Positions 1 to 12,721 of a stretch of 64,000 nucleotides of DNA are shown here, piece by piece. The position numbers and the translations under genes were made by a program. Under the pieces are notes generated by a model, which saw only the letters and a program-made list of their open reading frames with translations, was not told the origin of the DNA and made no database searches. The stretch comes from Epiperipatus broadwayi (lineage: Eukaryota; Animalia; Onychophora): NCBI GenBank assembly GCA_028023455.1, contig JAQFVV010000005.1:8680001-8744000 (forward strand). The letters run 5' to 3'. Within the stretch, counting starts at the first letter, position 1. The number at the start of each line of letters is the position of its first letter.

Positions 1-792
1 TAACCAAAATTACCTACAGCACCTTCATTTGTTTACCACTTCTAGTATTAAACTCTCCCATAACCATTTTAAAATGTTTACTTTGATCAAAAACCTTTTG
101 TACATCCATATAAAAATCTACTACTTCATCACTATGAGAACTTATTGGAGCATAAACCCGAACTATCTGCATTTGGTATCTGCTAGTCACCATCAATCTC
201 CACAATGTTGTTCTACTTTTTATTTATAATGAATCCTACTCCAATTGTATTTCCAATATTTATGCCTTTACAGTAGAGTACATACCCACTTTTTAAATCA
301 ATTGTCTCTTCACCTTTTGTTCTAACTTCACAAAGTCCAATAATGTCCCATTTAATATAATATAGTTCTTCTAATTCTTCCACTCTTTCTTCACTTGAAA
401 GTGATCTGCAGTTGTAAATATGTAAATAAAGTCATCATCAAATGGCAGCCTGGGTCCACAATCGGGATTCTTAGTACTCTCCACCTTTGGCCATCAACCA
501 CTGCCTTGGTGACTTTACAGCCTCCTGGGAATAAGGACCATGATTTATTTTTGTCTATCATGATTGTACATATCTATTGGAAAAATATTTATCATTTACA
601 CATACATTCATGCTGCCTTATCAGGAAACTGTGAAGAAAGACCATGGTGTTTCTTGAGCTTAAACTCGGAGGTAAAAAGCCAATAAACTCACCACACTGG
701 ATATTTGTATGTTAGTGAACAGCCCATCCATGTTTGTATACTATATGAATAATCACAGTAATGACAGCTACAATGACAAGAACATATGGAGT
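1..792 (-). mobile_element. RTE-clade LINE 5' fragment (endonuclease region + 5' UTR), degraded, runs off window edge
   Basis: Colinear with 39011-39850 of the full RTE copy. ORF 14..205 gives QIVRVYAPISSHSDEVV and MVMGEFNTR (APE motifs). Homology ends after 'atggagt' at 792. Confidence 0.9.
723..792 (-). ncRNA. Remnant of HDV-like ribozyme (P2, P3/L3, P1 3' strand, P4, J4/2); P1 5' strand lost by truncation
   Basis: Minus strand: ACTCCAT-ATG-TTCTTGT-CAT-TGTAGCT-GT...CAAA-C-ATGGATGGG, homologous to 39779-39850. Confidence 0.55.
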
Positions 793-1479
793 AATTGTTA
801 GCATACATTCTTCATAGTTAATATTCTTTTCTACATAACATTCCTTCATTTATAGAATTCTTTGATATATAACACTTAACAATAAAATGGACAAGTTTGA
901 ATATAAAAATGGTTTAGTGGTACCAACAATCATTTCTATCAAGGGTTTAACTGAATAGATGAAATTGACTGTATCCTGCAAAAATTCTGTCCATAAATGA
1001 TCTTTGCTGACATTTATCCTCATAAACAATTACGATTTATTTTGAAGCAATCATTTTCTTAACTATATATTAACGTAAAAGCTCAGACAACTTATGTTAA
1101 ATATTTAAATCTGTTCTTTTTAAAGCAAAGGTTTTTCAAGTCATGCAGAAAACTGAAAAAGCATGCAAGATTATTTTATTTAAGATCAGATTTATTTTGT
1201 CCAGTGAAGGGTGGATAACTAGGCAATAGAATAATAAATATTTGATCACCAACCCTTTATAATTTTTTTGGTAAACAATTTATTCATGTATCACAATATT
1301 TGGAATTACATTATGAAATATCTTTAAAATGGTATGCCAGTAATATATTGAAAATATTCCAATTTCAAGTTATTGATCAAATCTCAATGAAGACAACTTC
1401 TATTAAGATTCATTGATATCACTTGTGCTTTTTTCATCTACAGCCATAATTTTTTGGCAAAAGAAATATATTTGTAAAT

Positions 1480-1690
1480 AAAATTAACAAAGCGTATGAC
1501 ACACTTGAATGAGAAGCTATAAAGATACACAGAAATTATTACACGCTAAGCGCTTTCGAGGCCTTTTGCCTCATATTCATAGTACCGCTGTGAATATGAG
1601 GCAAAAGGCCTCGAAAGCGCTTAGCATGTAATAATTTCTGTGTATCTTTGTAGCTCCTCATTCAAGTGTGTCATACGCTTTGTTAATTTT
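1480..1690. repeat. 211-bp near-perfect palindrome (103-bp arms, 5-nt loop) with 39-nt tail and 15-bp TSD
   Basis: Arms 1480-1582 and 1588-1690 have 4 transition mismatches. Direct repeat ATATTTGTAAATAAA at 1468-1482 and 1730-1744. Confidence 0.9.
1586..1626 (+). ncRNA. Hammerhead-like motif with non-canonical core (family 4)
   Basis: CGCT-GTGAATA-T-GAGGC-AAAAG-GCCTC-GAA-AGCGCT-T-AGC. It has a 5-bp stem II, GAAA and a palindromic helix III, but the core differs from CUGANGA at positions 3 and 8 and stem I is only 3-4 bp. Confidence 0.4.
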
Positions 1691-1837
1691 GTATATTAAA
1701 TTATCGAATGAGAAGTTTTAAAATCTTTAATATTTGTAAATAAAGCAAATTCTTCATACGGTAAGGATACCCAATGCAACTCATAGTAATCAATGGTTAA
1801 CATGGTTTATGTATAAAACCTTATCAAGTGCCTATTC

Positions 1838-1896
1838 ATTCAGTATCCCTAGATGAGTTTCTACCTAACGGCTTTCATCAGCAAGAAGTCTTGAAT
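1838..1896 (-). ncRNA. Type I hammerhead ribozyme, damaged copy (family 2)
   Basis: ATTCAA-GAC-TTCTTG-CTGATGA-A-AGC-CGTTA-GGT-A-GAAACTCATC-TAGGGA-TA-CTGAAT. The core is intact, stem II has a mismatch and the helix III palindrome is broken. Confidence 0.55.
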
Positions 1897-1922
1897 CTGA
1901 TATCTGGGTGCAGTGCACTCAG

Positions 1923-1982
1923 ATCCAAGGCTCTTCATTGACAAAGGCCAAAAAGCTAGAAACTAGTCTGGGGATATTGGAT
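1923..1982 (+). ncRNA. Type I hammerhead ribozyme with U3-A8 core variant (family 2)
   Basis: ATCCAA-GGC-TCTTCA-TTGACAA-A-GGC-CAAAAA-GCT-A-GAA-ACTAGT-C-TGGGGA-TA-TTGGAT. Predicted cut after GUC at 1968. Confidence 0.65.
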
Positions 1983-2498
1983 AAGTAGGCACTAGATGGG
2001 CATCCATTGATTACTCTGGCTTGCACTGAGTAGCAATACTGTATGGAAAGTTTTACCTGTTTCTATACAGTTTAACTAGACAGATTCATTTAACAAAGAT
2101 ATTTAATATGAGTGAGTCGTTACAGAATCTCATCATTATTAGATTAATATTTTATTACAAAATGAGTTTATTAACAATTTTAATATCATTATCATCTACA
2201 ATCAATCATGCCTTATTTATATTACACCAGTGTTTCCCAACCTTTTTTTTTGCTGTGCACCACCAAAGTCTTTCTAAAATTCTTATGCTCCCCTGACATG
2301 TACATAATTTTTAATATTCAAAAATTGAAATGTTCACTAAAAAACTTGAATGATAGGTTTTAGGATGAAATAACTAGGAAATTATTGAGCAAATATGGTA
2401 AGTAAATTTTCAAAACATAATGGAGAACTGAAATTCAAGCACAAAATTTTAATAAAAGATTTTTCTATATTATTTTAATTATTAGTAATTATTTAAAT

Positions 2499-4179
2499 TT
2501 AGTGGAGATCCTTGCTGCAAAGAGATTTTATGTCTGGTTCCAATTTAGTTAATTTCGGTCTCAAATCTCATTTTTTTTTATATCCAGCCTCTTTTTTTTT
2601 TTAGCAGCAAATCATTTATCGCACCAAATCTGCATTCAGCTAAATATGAAGATGGAAACAGTAGCAATAGTCTCTTGCACATTTGGATATTTGATTTCTG
2701 TTTCCTCACAAAGCCATGCCATGGCTCCTCTTCTATCAAATAAAATTTGAAATGACTCATCATTTTGCATTTCTGCGAGTTCTTGATACTGCATATCTGA
2801 AATGTCAGATGAATCCACTAACATTGATTGCATCATCCAAGTTGGAAAATAAATTCATTTCAAATCTGAAAATATTTCTTTTAAATCAGCCGATAAAATT
2901 TTCAGATGATCAACAATAACATGTATAGCGGTATCAGTCACTGCACATTTTTGGAGCCAATGAAACTTTTCCAAATTTTTGTTATAAATATATGTTTGAC
3001 ATAATTCAATAAAGGTAATAAAACCAAATATCTTTGCTTTTGCATCGACAAGAGTTTTATTTGTTCCTTGAAGTTGTTTATTTAATATATTTAGTTTTTC
3101 AAAGATATCTGCTAAATAACTCACAAATGCCTTGTGATCGATCATTAACAGATTTTTCATTTCAGGTTTGTCACTTAAAAAATAACTAAGAGTATCAAAT
3201 AGTTCCATAAATCTTTTCAAGCAGTTCCTTTTTGAAAGCCATCTTATTTCAATGTGAAGTATAAGTTTCACATGATCGTCATTTTATTCTTCACAAAATA
3301 ACTTAGCCGTTCACATTTGGCACTAGCTTTAATAACATTGATACAATTTATGACTAAATTTAGCATTTCATTTAGAACAGGAAAAATATTTTTAGCTACC
3401 AGGTTTTCCCTGTGAATAACACAATGTACAAGAAGCATTTCTGGATTCTCATCTTTCATCAATTTTAAACAACCATTTTTCTTCCCATCATATTAGGAGC
3501 ATCATCTGCAGCACAAGATGTGATATTTTTCATTGGTATACTATTGACATCTAAGTAGTTTTTTAGCTTACTACATTTATCTTTGGAGGTAGTGGTGCTT
3601 TCAAATGATTCACAGAACAACATTTCTTCAGCAAAATCATCTTTATCAATATATCTTACATAAGTTAGAAATACAGCTTCACTGCCTCAAAGTTGATTCA
3701 TCCATCTGCATCGAGAATTTTCTTGTTTTCAGCTTTTCAACAAGTTGTATTTCAATATCCTCACTCATTTCGTTTATTCTTCTAACAGTATTGTTACTCA
3801 AATGCTGATATTAATGGTTTGATTAAATTTTCTCCTATAGTATGACTTCCCAGATTTAGCAATGAGCCATGAAATTTGATAACTAGCCTCAAGAGTAAGA
3901 TTGATAGTTGCATTATGAGCAGTAAATAGAGACTTTAATGTTACTCCTTTCAAAGTTTTTCTTTAAAGTTTGAAAATAATTCAAATCTGAATTAATATGA
4001 GCATTATGTTTCTACTTCAAATGTGCTTCAAGATGACTTCATTTCATTGACTCATTAGTCAAGCATTGTTCGTACAAAAGACAAAAAGGAGGCCGTTCAT
4101 CATTGACAACAGGTATGAAACCAAATTTTAAATATTCCTCCAAATACTGACAAATTTTTTTCTTGCTTGCTCCACTCAT
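2499..4179 (-). pseudogene. hAT transposase (ZBED5/ZBED8/SCAND3-like), frameshifted
   Basis: Fragments: MSGASKKKICQY..YLKFGF; BED-like N-terminus; LVHCVIHRENLVAK; EIRWLSK; FPSSYLAECRF; DLRPKLTKLEPDI. Confidence 0.9.
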
Positions 4180-4424
4180 TTCACTATGGGCTGAAAAAAA
4201 TAAATATATAATTAATTAAAAACAAAAAAAATAATATGAATTGGAGCAAACGTAGACTAAAATTGCATATTTAAATATGTATGACACATTTACTTCACTG
4301 CAAAAAACACTTTTTTATTTGACAAATTTTTCTGGAAAATGCTTCTAAAACTGAAATTAATAAAAATTACCAATTAAATTTACATACCATTTATATATCA
4401 CTTATATTTATACAATATATATTT

Positions 4425-4445
4425 TTTTGGGTTTTTTTTTTTTCC

Positions 4446-4523
<78 letters not shown>

Positions 4524-4735
4524 GGGCCATTTATTTATTGGTGTGTTTTGGGAGGGGGGGGGGGGGGGGGGAAGTCCCCACTATTGAGTATTAGAAAAAA
4601 AAGCTGTAGATGTTTTGAAAATTTAAAACACAAAAAATTAAAAACCCCCCGAAAAAAAAAGAGAGGTAAAAAAGGGTTACAAAAAGCGAAAAAAAGAAAA
4701 AGCGACGGGCCGGGGGGGGATATATATATATTTTA
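4425..4735. other. Homopolymer block (poly-T, poly-G, poly-A), probable sequencing/assembly noise
   Basis: T run of more than 70 nt followed by G and A runs, inside otherwise ordinary sequence. Confidence 0.6.
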
Positions 4736-6126
4736 AAACAACATAACTTTTACAACAATTTAACATGCGCTTATTTCAAATTACCACCAATGGTAAATGC
4801 TGAGTGTTACTGTGAAACACTTCTAAAGTGCGATCCCAGCATAACCAGTAGTTCAATTTAGTGTCTAAAAGTGAAATCACTGCTACAAACATGATGGACA
4901 GAAGTTACGTATACTGGATGTTACCCAGCTCTAATACCGACTGAGAGTCGACATATGGTTAACGTAAACTCTGGATGAGTCCATTTTCAAATTGACCCTC
5001 TGTGGGGCATAGGCCCTACATTGGAAAACTGCTGTAAAGCAAAAATCCATACTGTAGCAAACAAATTTTTTCAATTCGGTTTCTCTAATTCAAATCCAAC
5101 CAAGTCCATGTATATTTTAAATACTAAAATATTGTATAAAAGTTCTGTTAATGAGTATGTGCATATATTCATATTGCACATTAATTAGCTAATAATATCT
5201 GTATGTGTATAACTATAATACGCAGTTCTAATTTAAAATAATAATAAATTAAAGTAAGTTGTGTAGACATTATTGTGTGTGTAGAAGCACACTTATGTAT
5301 ATATGCGAAGGAAACTGTAATGTGATAGATTTTGTGAACATTACAACTTTTCTAAATTATCTATTTTAAGTTATAAATTTGCTTGCATTTGTATATAAAA
5401 TCCTAAATTCAGGTGTGATAGTGTTACACATATAAGAGAATGTTTACACTTTACAGAACTTAAATCTCTTTTTTTTTAAAAAAAGATTTCTTTCTTGGAA
5501 ATCATTCTGACACATCTGGAAACCAAGAGCTGAAATTTAAAAAAAAATAAATAATAAAAATAAACGTAAGACAAAGGCAAAATCACTGGACCAGCACTGC
5601 TTATCAATTACTCAGCTGGAGTTTGTCTTACTAAGATTTAATAAAGTAGTGTTAAAAACTAAAATATAAGACAAAGTTGTCAACAAGTTATGACTTATGC
5701 AGGGGAAGAGAAATATTTGATATAAAAACTTCCAGTTTTCATTACTAAATGTCCATTCTTTAATATTCAGAACGTAGTACTGCCCCCATATTAACAATAT
5801 TATTATTATTAATCAATATTATCTATTGACGGTGACCACGTTGAGTTTCTATTTTTCTTATGTTTAAAATGTAAGTACCTTTTCTTATGCTTTAATTTAA
5901 ATTGTGGCTTTTCTTATCTATCTATTTGATTAATGAGCCTTCTCAGTAACAAATGTTTAAGCTGAAGTCGTTAATGGAATTAATGATCACAGTTCATAAG
6001 TTTTTAATTTTCTTGGAAAATATTTAATTCAGTATTTATTATTTACTTTGAATATTTAGTTTTTATTAGTTAAGTTTGGGAAAATAAAATTGTCATAAAT
6101 ATTTCTTTTTTCATTTTAGTATACCC

Positions 6127-7905
6127 ATGAACATGAGTAATAAACCCAAAAAATCGAAAACTTATCATTTCAATGAAGAATGGGAACTCGACTACTTTTT
6201 TACAATGGTAAATGATAAATGTTGCTGCTTAATATGCTTTACCTCGATAGCCATTGCTAAAAAGGGTAATCTGGAGAGACATTTTTAAGCTTTACATAAC
6301 AAGTATCAAACAGATTATCCACAAAGTACCAAATTGACAAAATGTAAAGTTAGGAATCTTAAAACTCAATTAAAAAAATCAACAAAAAGTTTTTAAAAAG
6401 CCAATGTTGAAGTCACAAGCAGTAACTACCGCATCATTCAAAGTAAGCTATCTTTTAGCAAAAAAAATGTAAACCATTTTCCGAGGGTGAATTTGTAAAG
6501 AAAACTTTTTTGGAAATGTCATATTCACTTTTTAACAATTTTCATAAGAGTGAAATTATTGCTGCAATTCAAAATCTGCAACTGTCTCGAAACACTGTGG
6601 TGCGACGAATTGAGAAGCTGAGTGAAAATGTAAAAGAACAGTTATATAATGATATTAATAGATGTTCTTGTTTTTCCTTTCAATGTATAAGTGATACAGC
6701 ACAATTACTTGTTTTCATTCATATGGTTTTTAAAGATTTTACATCTAAAGAAGAATTTTTGGGTCTGATTTCTTTGAAAGAAAGAACTAGAGGTGTAGAT
6801 ATATTCAAAGCCTTTAAAAACTTGCTCAATGATTTGAAAGTACCACTTTTTAAATTAGTTTCAATAACAACGGATGGTGCAGCTGCAATGATAGGTCACA
6901 TAAATGGATTTATAGCCCTATGTCAAAATGAAGATGAATTTCCAGCTTTTTTGAGCTACCACTGCATAATTCACCAGCAAGTGTTAGCCAGCAAAAGACT
7001 AAACACAAAATAAGTAATGGACATAGCGTTTAAAATTGTTAATTCAATTCGAGGAAGTTCTCTCAAACAACGTCTCTTCCAACTGCAGCTCGATGAAGGC
7101 CAACCTGAATTATTATTACATACCGAAATAAGATGGTTAAGCAGAGGTAAATTTCTGCAACGATTTCGTGATTTATTGCCTGAAGTAATAAATTTTCTCT
7201 GTGAGCAAGATGAAACTTGGCTTAGTGACTTAGCTTTTCTAACCGATTTTACTTCAATGTTAAGTCATTTAAATTTAGAATTACAAGGTAAAAAGAAAAC
7301 AGTAATTGATATGATCAACTATGTAGATGCATATAAGACAAAATTTATTTTGCTAATAGAAGATCTGCAACAAAATAATCTGAATCATTTTCTAAACATG
7401 GCGGATCATCTACAAAAGCATAAAAATATTAATTATAATATCGACAAATATGTTGCGGAAATCCAAAAAGTAATTGGAGATTTTAAGATAAGATTCCAAG
7501 AATTTGAAAAAATTAAAGAAAAAAATTAAAAAAGATTTAAATGTGAAATCCATTAGCTAAAAAATTTCAGACATATTTCATATGGAGCAAAAGGCATTAG
7601 AAAATGAAATTATAATTGTATAAACTGATTTAATCTTACAAGCTAGAAAATTTGAAGAAGATTTTTGGAAATACATCAACCAAGAAAAATATCCCAATAT
7701 CATCAAATGTAGCGAATATATTTATTCTTGTTTCAGATCTACATATCTATGTGAATCAGCATTTTCATACTTAAAGTTAATGAAGACTAAACGTTCTGTC
7801 CTAACTGATTCCCATACTGAGGATTCTTTATTATTATCTTTGTCAGGATATACACCTAATTATGATTCCTTGGTTAGAGACATGCAAACACAGTCTTTCC
7901 ATTAA
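6127..7905 (+). pseudogene. hAT transposase (SPIN/GTF2IRD2/EPM2AIP1-like), frameshifted
   Basis: Y(H)FNEEWELDYFF...CCCLIC...NLERHF; SITTDGAAAMIG; YHCIIHQQVLAS; EIRWLSRGKFL; C-terminal STYLCESAFS. Confidence 0.9.
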
Positions 7906-8169
7906 TGTTAAGATAATAAAATAAATTCTAAATCTGTCTTTATCGGTAGCTAATTTGAATTAATAATATTGTTAATAATTACTCATGTTGCTTTAATTTC
8001 CATGGACATGAGTTTTTTAGCCTGTTAAATAATTATGTTATTTTTTACGTAGGTAGATATATAAAAATAGTATGTATTTCACATCTCCTTCCACTTAGAC
8101 TATGCCTATGACAACAAGTCAATCGCAACACATTTTCAAAATAAAAAGTCGATCTTATGAACACAAAAG

Positions 8170-8190
8170 TTGGTCACCCCTGACCTATAG
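8170..8190 (+). mobile_element. 3' TIR of the second hAT element plus one TSD half
   Basis: TTGGTCACCCCTG (reverse complement CAGGGGTGACCAA) ends at 8182 and is followed by ACCTATAG (central TA, Buster-type). The 5' TIR was not found. Confidence 0.6.
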
Positions 8191-8259
8191 GGATATGAGG
8201 AAAAGAGGGCAATTAATCCCTTATTTAAGAAAATACATTCGCCCACAATAATGACTTAG

Positions 8260-8992
8260 GGTGCCAATATAGTACACATTCAACACCATTTAGAATTTTA
8301 TAATTCACCCAAAATCCCCACTGACTCATTCAAGCCATAAATGACATTGATTATTAACAAGTGTACTAACCATGAAGGTCATATTATATAACAATTGTAC
8401 TTCATTTTTAATGTATTTAATCATCTAGTCAATTTAAATTAATCCGTGTTCTTTATCTTCTAGTCAAGAAACAAAGTATTGAAGAAAATTCTTAAACTAG
8501 TGTTCGGTCAACACAAGTGCATATACCACTTAAATACATATTAGCTAATTACTAAAAACAGTATTAATAAGATTATGGAGTTTATATTACTTTAAAAAAA
8601 CCTTCAAGTAATCAATAGTAGTGAACAAAGAAAAAAAGGTGCCGATATAGTACATGTTCGACACTATTTTGATTTTTATAACTCACCCAAAATCCCCACT
8701 GACACATTCAAACAATAAATGACAATGATTATCAACAAGCATACTAACCATGAAGGTCATATTATATAACAATTGTAATTTATTTTTAATGTATTTGTAT
8801 TCATCTAGTCAATTTAAATTAATCAGTGTTCTTCTAATCAAGAAACAAAGTATTGAAAAAAATCTTAAACTAGATTTCGGTCAATACAAGTGCATATACC
8901 ACTTAGATATGTATTAGCTAACTACTAAAAACAATATTAATAAGATTATGGAGTTTATATTACTTTAAAAAACAAAAAAAAAACCTTCAAGT
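8260..8992 (+). repeat. Two diverged direct copies (~350 bp, period 378) of a TIR-element end
   Basis: Both begin GGTGCC(A/G)ATATAGTAC...CACCCAAAATCCCCACTGAC, at 8260 and 8638. Confidence 0.85.
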
Positions 8993-9508
8993 GATCAACT
9001 GTAGCAAACAATGAATTCCTGATAAAAAAAAAATTAAAATTTTATTGTTTGTATATGCTGTATTTCGTATTTTATAAGTTATAATCTTTTGACATATTAA
9101 TGAAAAGTAAGTTAATAGGTCTTTTATTATTTTTTTTTTAAAAGTAGAAAACAAAAATTGTCTTTTGATTTCTTTCATAGGCTTATAACAAATGTAAATT
9201 GCATTTCGATTTTTGAAAGATTTATGTAAATTGTGATAATGTATGTTAATGCAAAGTATTTACTCACATTCTTTGATTTTTTATTAAATATTGATAAAAA
9301 TTAGATTTTGATTTTTATATACTCGATGATAGTTATAAACTTTGCATTTTGATTTTTTAATTAATGATGAAATTTGCGATTTTGTAACCATCTTTTTTTG
9401 AAACCACATGTTGATAATCGATGTCATTTATCGCTAGAATGTGTCAGCGGGGATTTTGGGTGAGTTATAAAATTCAAAATGGCGTCAAGCGCATACTATA
9501 TCGGCACC
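8638..9508. mobile_element. Non-autonomous TIR element (MITE-like) with ~95-bp TIRs
   Basis: 9414-9508 is the reverse complement of 8638-8730 (ends ...tactatatcggcacc). No TSD or ORF seen. Confidence 0.6.
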
Positions 9509-12500
9509 GGAGGTACTGATTTAGAGTGCGCTCATGGCCATCCTGCAAAACCATTGCTGACATATCCAAGTGATAAATGACATTGAATAATCCATACATG
9601 GTCACAATATAACCCTTCGTTACAAAATAGCAAATTACATCGATAATTAAAAAATAAAGCCAAATTCCATAAGGACTTCACCTGATTAAGTATGGATCCA
9701 ACATCCACATCAGAAGATCAAATGTGAACAACACTATTTTTTCTTATTCCATGTTTTTTTTCTAACTACATGTAACAAAGGAAATATGTGACATTACAGT
9801 TCTTTTCTAGTAAGAAAAAATCATTATAAAATTAATATGCATTATTTCATCATGTGACTGCATTTTCTTACAGTTTAAAAGTGTTAGTGTTAAAAAGGTG
9901 AGATCATAGTTAATTAATGATTTTGGCAGTTCACCTACGATTAATAATAACTGAATAATAAATGTTTGCTTGAAGCATCCAAACTATTGTGATTCTAATT
10001 AATACATTGAAGAGGGATATTTACGATAGATAAACAATAAAATTTATAATGATGATATTATGGGTGATAATTTTCCATGCTTATTATGTATTCAAAGTTA
10101 AAAGCAGAAGTTGATGTTTTTCTATAATTCAATTGGTGTATTCACAGGAAAGGAGAAATAGTTTAATCACAATATTTATGGAGGAAAATATTAATCAGAA
10201 ATGCAAAGTAATTATGATCTTATTAAAAAGCAAAAAACATTACAAGATCTTTAAAATAATTCTGCAGTTTAAATTGTTACATCCAGATTTCCCTTTCTTC
10301 ACACAAGAAATCTTATTTAATATATTTTTTTATTTATTGTGTGTTTTATTATAATCTTATATGTATTTAATATTCATAGGTGTTTAGCAGTCGACTTGCT
10401 CATAAAATAAAAGGGATCCTTAGTAACATTTATATTTAAGTGTATATTTTTATTAAAAACTGATAACAAGGAAAATAAACTTATTTAAGATAAAATTTTT
10501 AATCTATTATGTCATTTTTTTGTTGTTTGCTAGGTAAAGCTGCAATTACCAAATGATCATGAAAGGTAAAATTCAATTTTCATTGAATCTAGACATCTTT
10601 AATATTTTATTATGTATTGTATTATGCGACTAGTTGCTACTGATAGTTATTATCCGTCAGGACTTTCGAGTGGATAATTACTGTTTTAATTTCCACATAT
10701 TAATCCATGATTACATTTCGTTTATTTGGTGTTCACACTTAAGATGTAGATATTGTTTATTTGTGAGATTTGATAGTTGTGTTAGGGAATCATGACATGA
10801 TGTGTTGTTATGCTTGTTATTTGATTTTATATCCATGTCATCTTACATGACTAAGTATTCTTACGGTGATTCGTTTTCCATTAAAACTAAAAAATAAAGA
10901 GAAAAAAATTACAGGCTTCTTTTTACAAAAAAAAAAAGATATTTGGGTATTATTCCTGCATCGATGACTTTTCACATTTGTATCAATGCATTGCTAACTT
11001 TTTAATGGTGTTATTTTGGCAATATCAAACATTAAAAAGTTAGCAATGCTTTGATATGAATATGAAAAGTTCTCCTTTCTTTCCTTGATTGCAGGAATAT
11101 AGCCAATAGTTGTAGAAAAATACACAAAAATTAATATTATGTAGACGGATGCAAACAACCAAATTTTCACACTTTATTCTATCAATTTCAAAAAAGTACA
11201 AATGATGCCATACGTAATCCATTTTTCTGCATGAAATTAACCCAATACAAATATATCTTTCTAAAAGTCAAAAAGACTTTTAAACTAAATTGAATTGATT
11301 GATTTTCAACAAAGAATAATAACAAAATTTGTATAAGTAGTTTTCAAAATCACATCACAAAACATTAATCATACACACAGAGACTACTTATTGAAATAGA
11401 ACATCTGGTGTAGTTGAAATCTTGAATTAGAATTCTTGCATACAAAATGGCAATTGTCAGCCCCCTTCCTGCTTCTCCAAAATGGTTGTAGAGCACATGA
11501 TTGCACAGTACATGCTGTAAATGGAATTTTGCCAAGCAATCTGAATAAACAAATGGCAATTCCTTTTTTTTAAATGTCAAAAAAAAAGGGGGGGGGAACA
11601 GCAGTAATAACAAAATCAACGTATTTATTCAATTAGTAAAAAAAAAAAAAAACCTGTAAATTGCAGCACATTGAGCAGGAAAATTAACATATTAATTGAA
11701 TTAGAAAAATAGAAGAATAATTATAAATTTCAGCATTATGATCAGTTCGACTGGAGAAATAACTAAATTTGAATTTATTTGGCGCTGGATGTTACTGTTA
11801 CAGACCAGTGTCGTTATTTCCTAAGAGATTTTGCAGAGGTAAGGAAACTTATAAGCGCATGTTAAGTCCCAAAATAGAGGGTTGCTATTTTATTATTCAT
11901 TTCATTTTACTTCATAGAAAAAACATTTCTTTTTTAAAAATACTTATATCTGTAATATTTACATTTTTCATTATTACATTTAGTTATTGCGCTAATATTC
12001 TTTTTACATTGTAATTTGTATAAACTATTATTTCAGGTTTTGTACTAATAAAAGAAAGTTAGTTTTATTCAAAGAACAAGAAAACCTAGTTGTTTTTTTA
12101 TTATTATTCTTAATTTATAAGGTTTTATTTTAGGGCTAATTTGCCTAAAACAGTTGTATAGGTAATACTCCTGTTTTTCAAAATTATATTTATTTTTCAT
12201 AATGAATCGTTATAATGTTCTCTTTACATTGTAATTTTGAAAAACTTATTTGCAGTTACTATTAAAACTCTGATATTTAAACATATATAATTTTATAGTC
12301 TCAGGTTAATAGAAAAAGTTAATATTAAAAGAAAAAGAATATTTAGTTGCCTTTTATTTTTTTATTCCATTTTACACAATACGAAACACTTATTCTGTGG
12401 GTAACTGTGTCTTCAGCTTTATCATTAATATTTTTTTCATATTTATATTTTTTAGTTATACTTTTAATAAACTGATGTATTCAATGTTGCTATTAAAAAT

Positions 12501-12721
12501 ATTAGATATATGAGATTCGTGTCTTAGTTTTATTTAGTAAGAATAGTTAGTTTTATAAAATTCTGATTTATTGTAGATAATTCCCGACTTATGTTATAGT
12601 TTGTTCGTAATTTTTACATGTCTTAATTTGGTACTTGTGAGTTTTGAAACTAATCAAGATGGCAGCCTGAATTTTTGATAAATATTGTTTTGAGGTCTAT
12701 TATCCATTGAAAATGTGTTTG

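Larger units (their letters stand above)
1745..2063. mobile_element. Diverged foldback element of the HHR family also at 55415-55959
   Basis: Both arms align to the 55.4-kb element (gcaaaactctccatac..., agagtaatcaatgg, ctagtgcctac). Centre hairpin ctgggtgca-g-tgcactcag. Confidence 0.8.
2228..5034 (-). mobile_element. hAT (Buster/Charlie-like) DNA transposon relic
   Basis: CAGTGTTTCCCAA terminus at 2228, preceded by 8-mer TATTACAC with central TA. Imperfect inverted terminus ttggaaaactgctg at 5021-5034. No matching TSD seen, so the right boundary is uncertain. Confidence 0.65.

Noticed and set aside
793-812. GCTAACA upstream of the first RTE fragment as a P1 5' strand
   Set aside because: It needs a bulge, lies outside the RTE homology, and lacks the J1/2 insert seen in the full copy; probably chance.
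4425-4735. Poly-T/poly-G/poly-A block and ORF 4521..4736
   Set aside because: Homopolymer-driven low complexity, most likely a base-calling artefact; the ORF is meaningless.
11365-11619. Possible host exon on the minus strand
   Set aside because: No recognisable domain in any frame and no supporting neighbouring exons.
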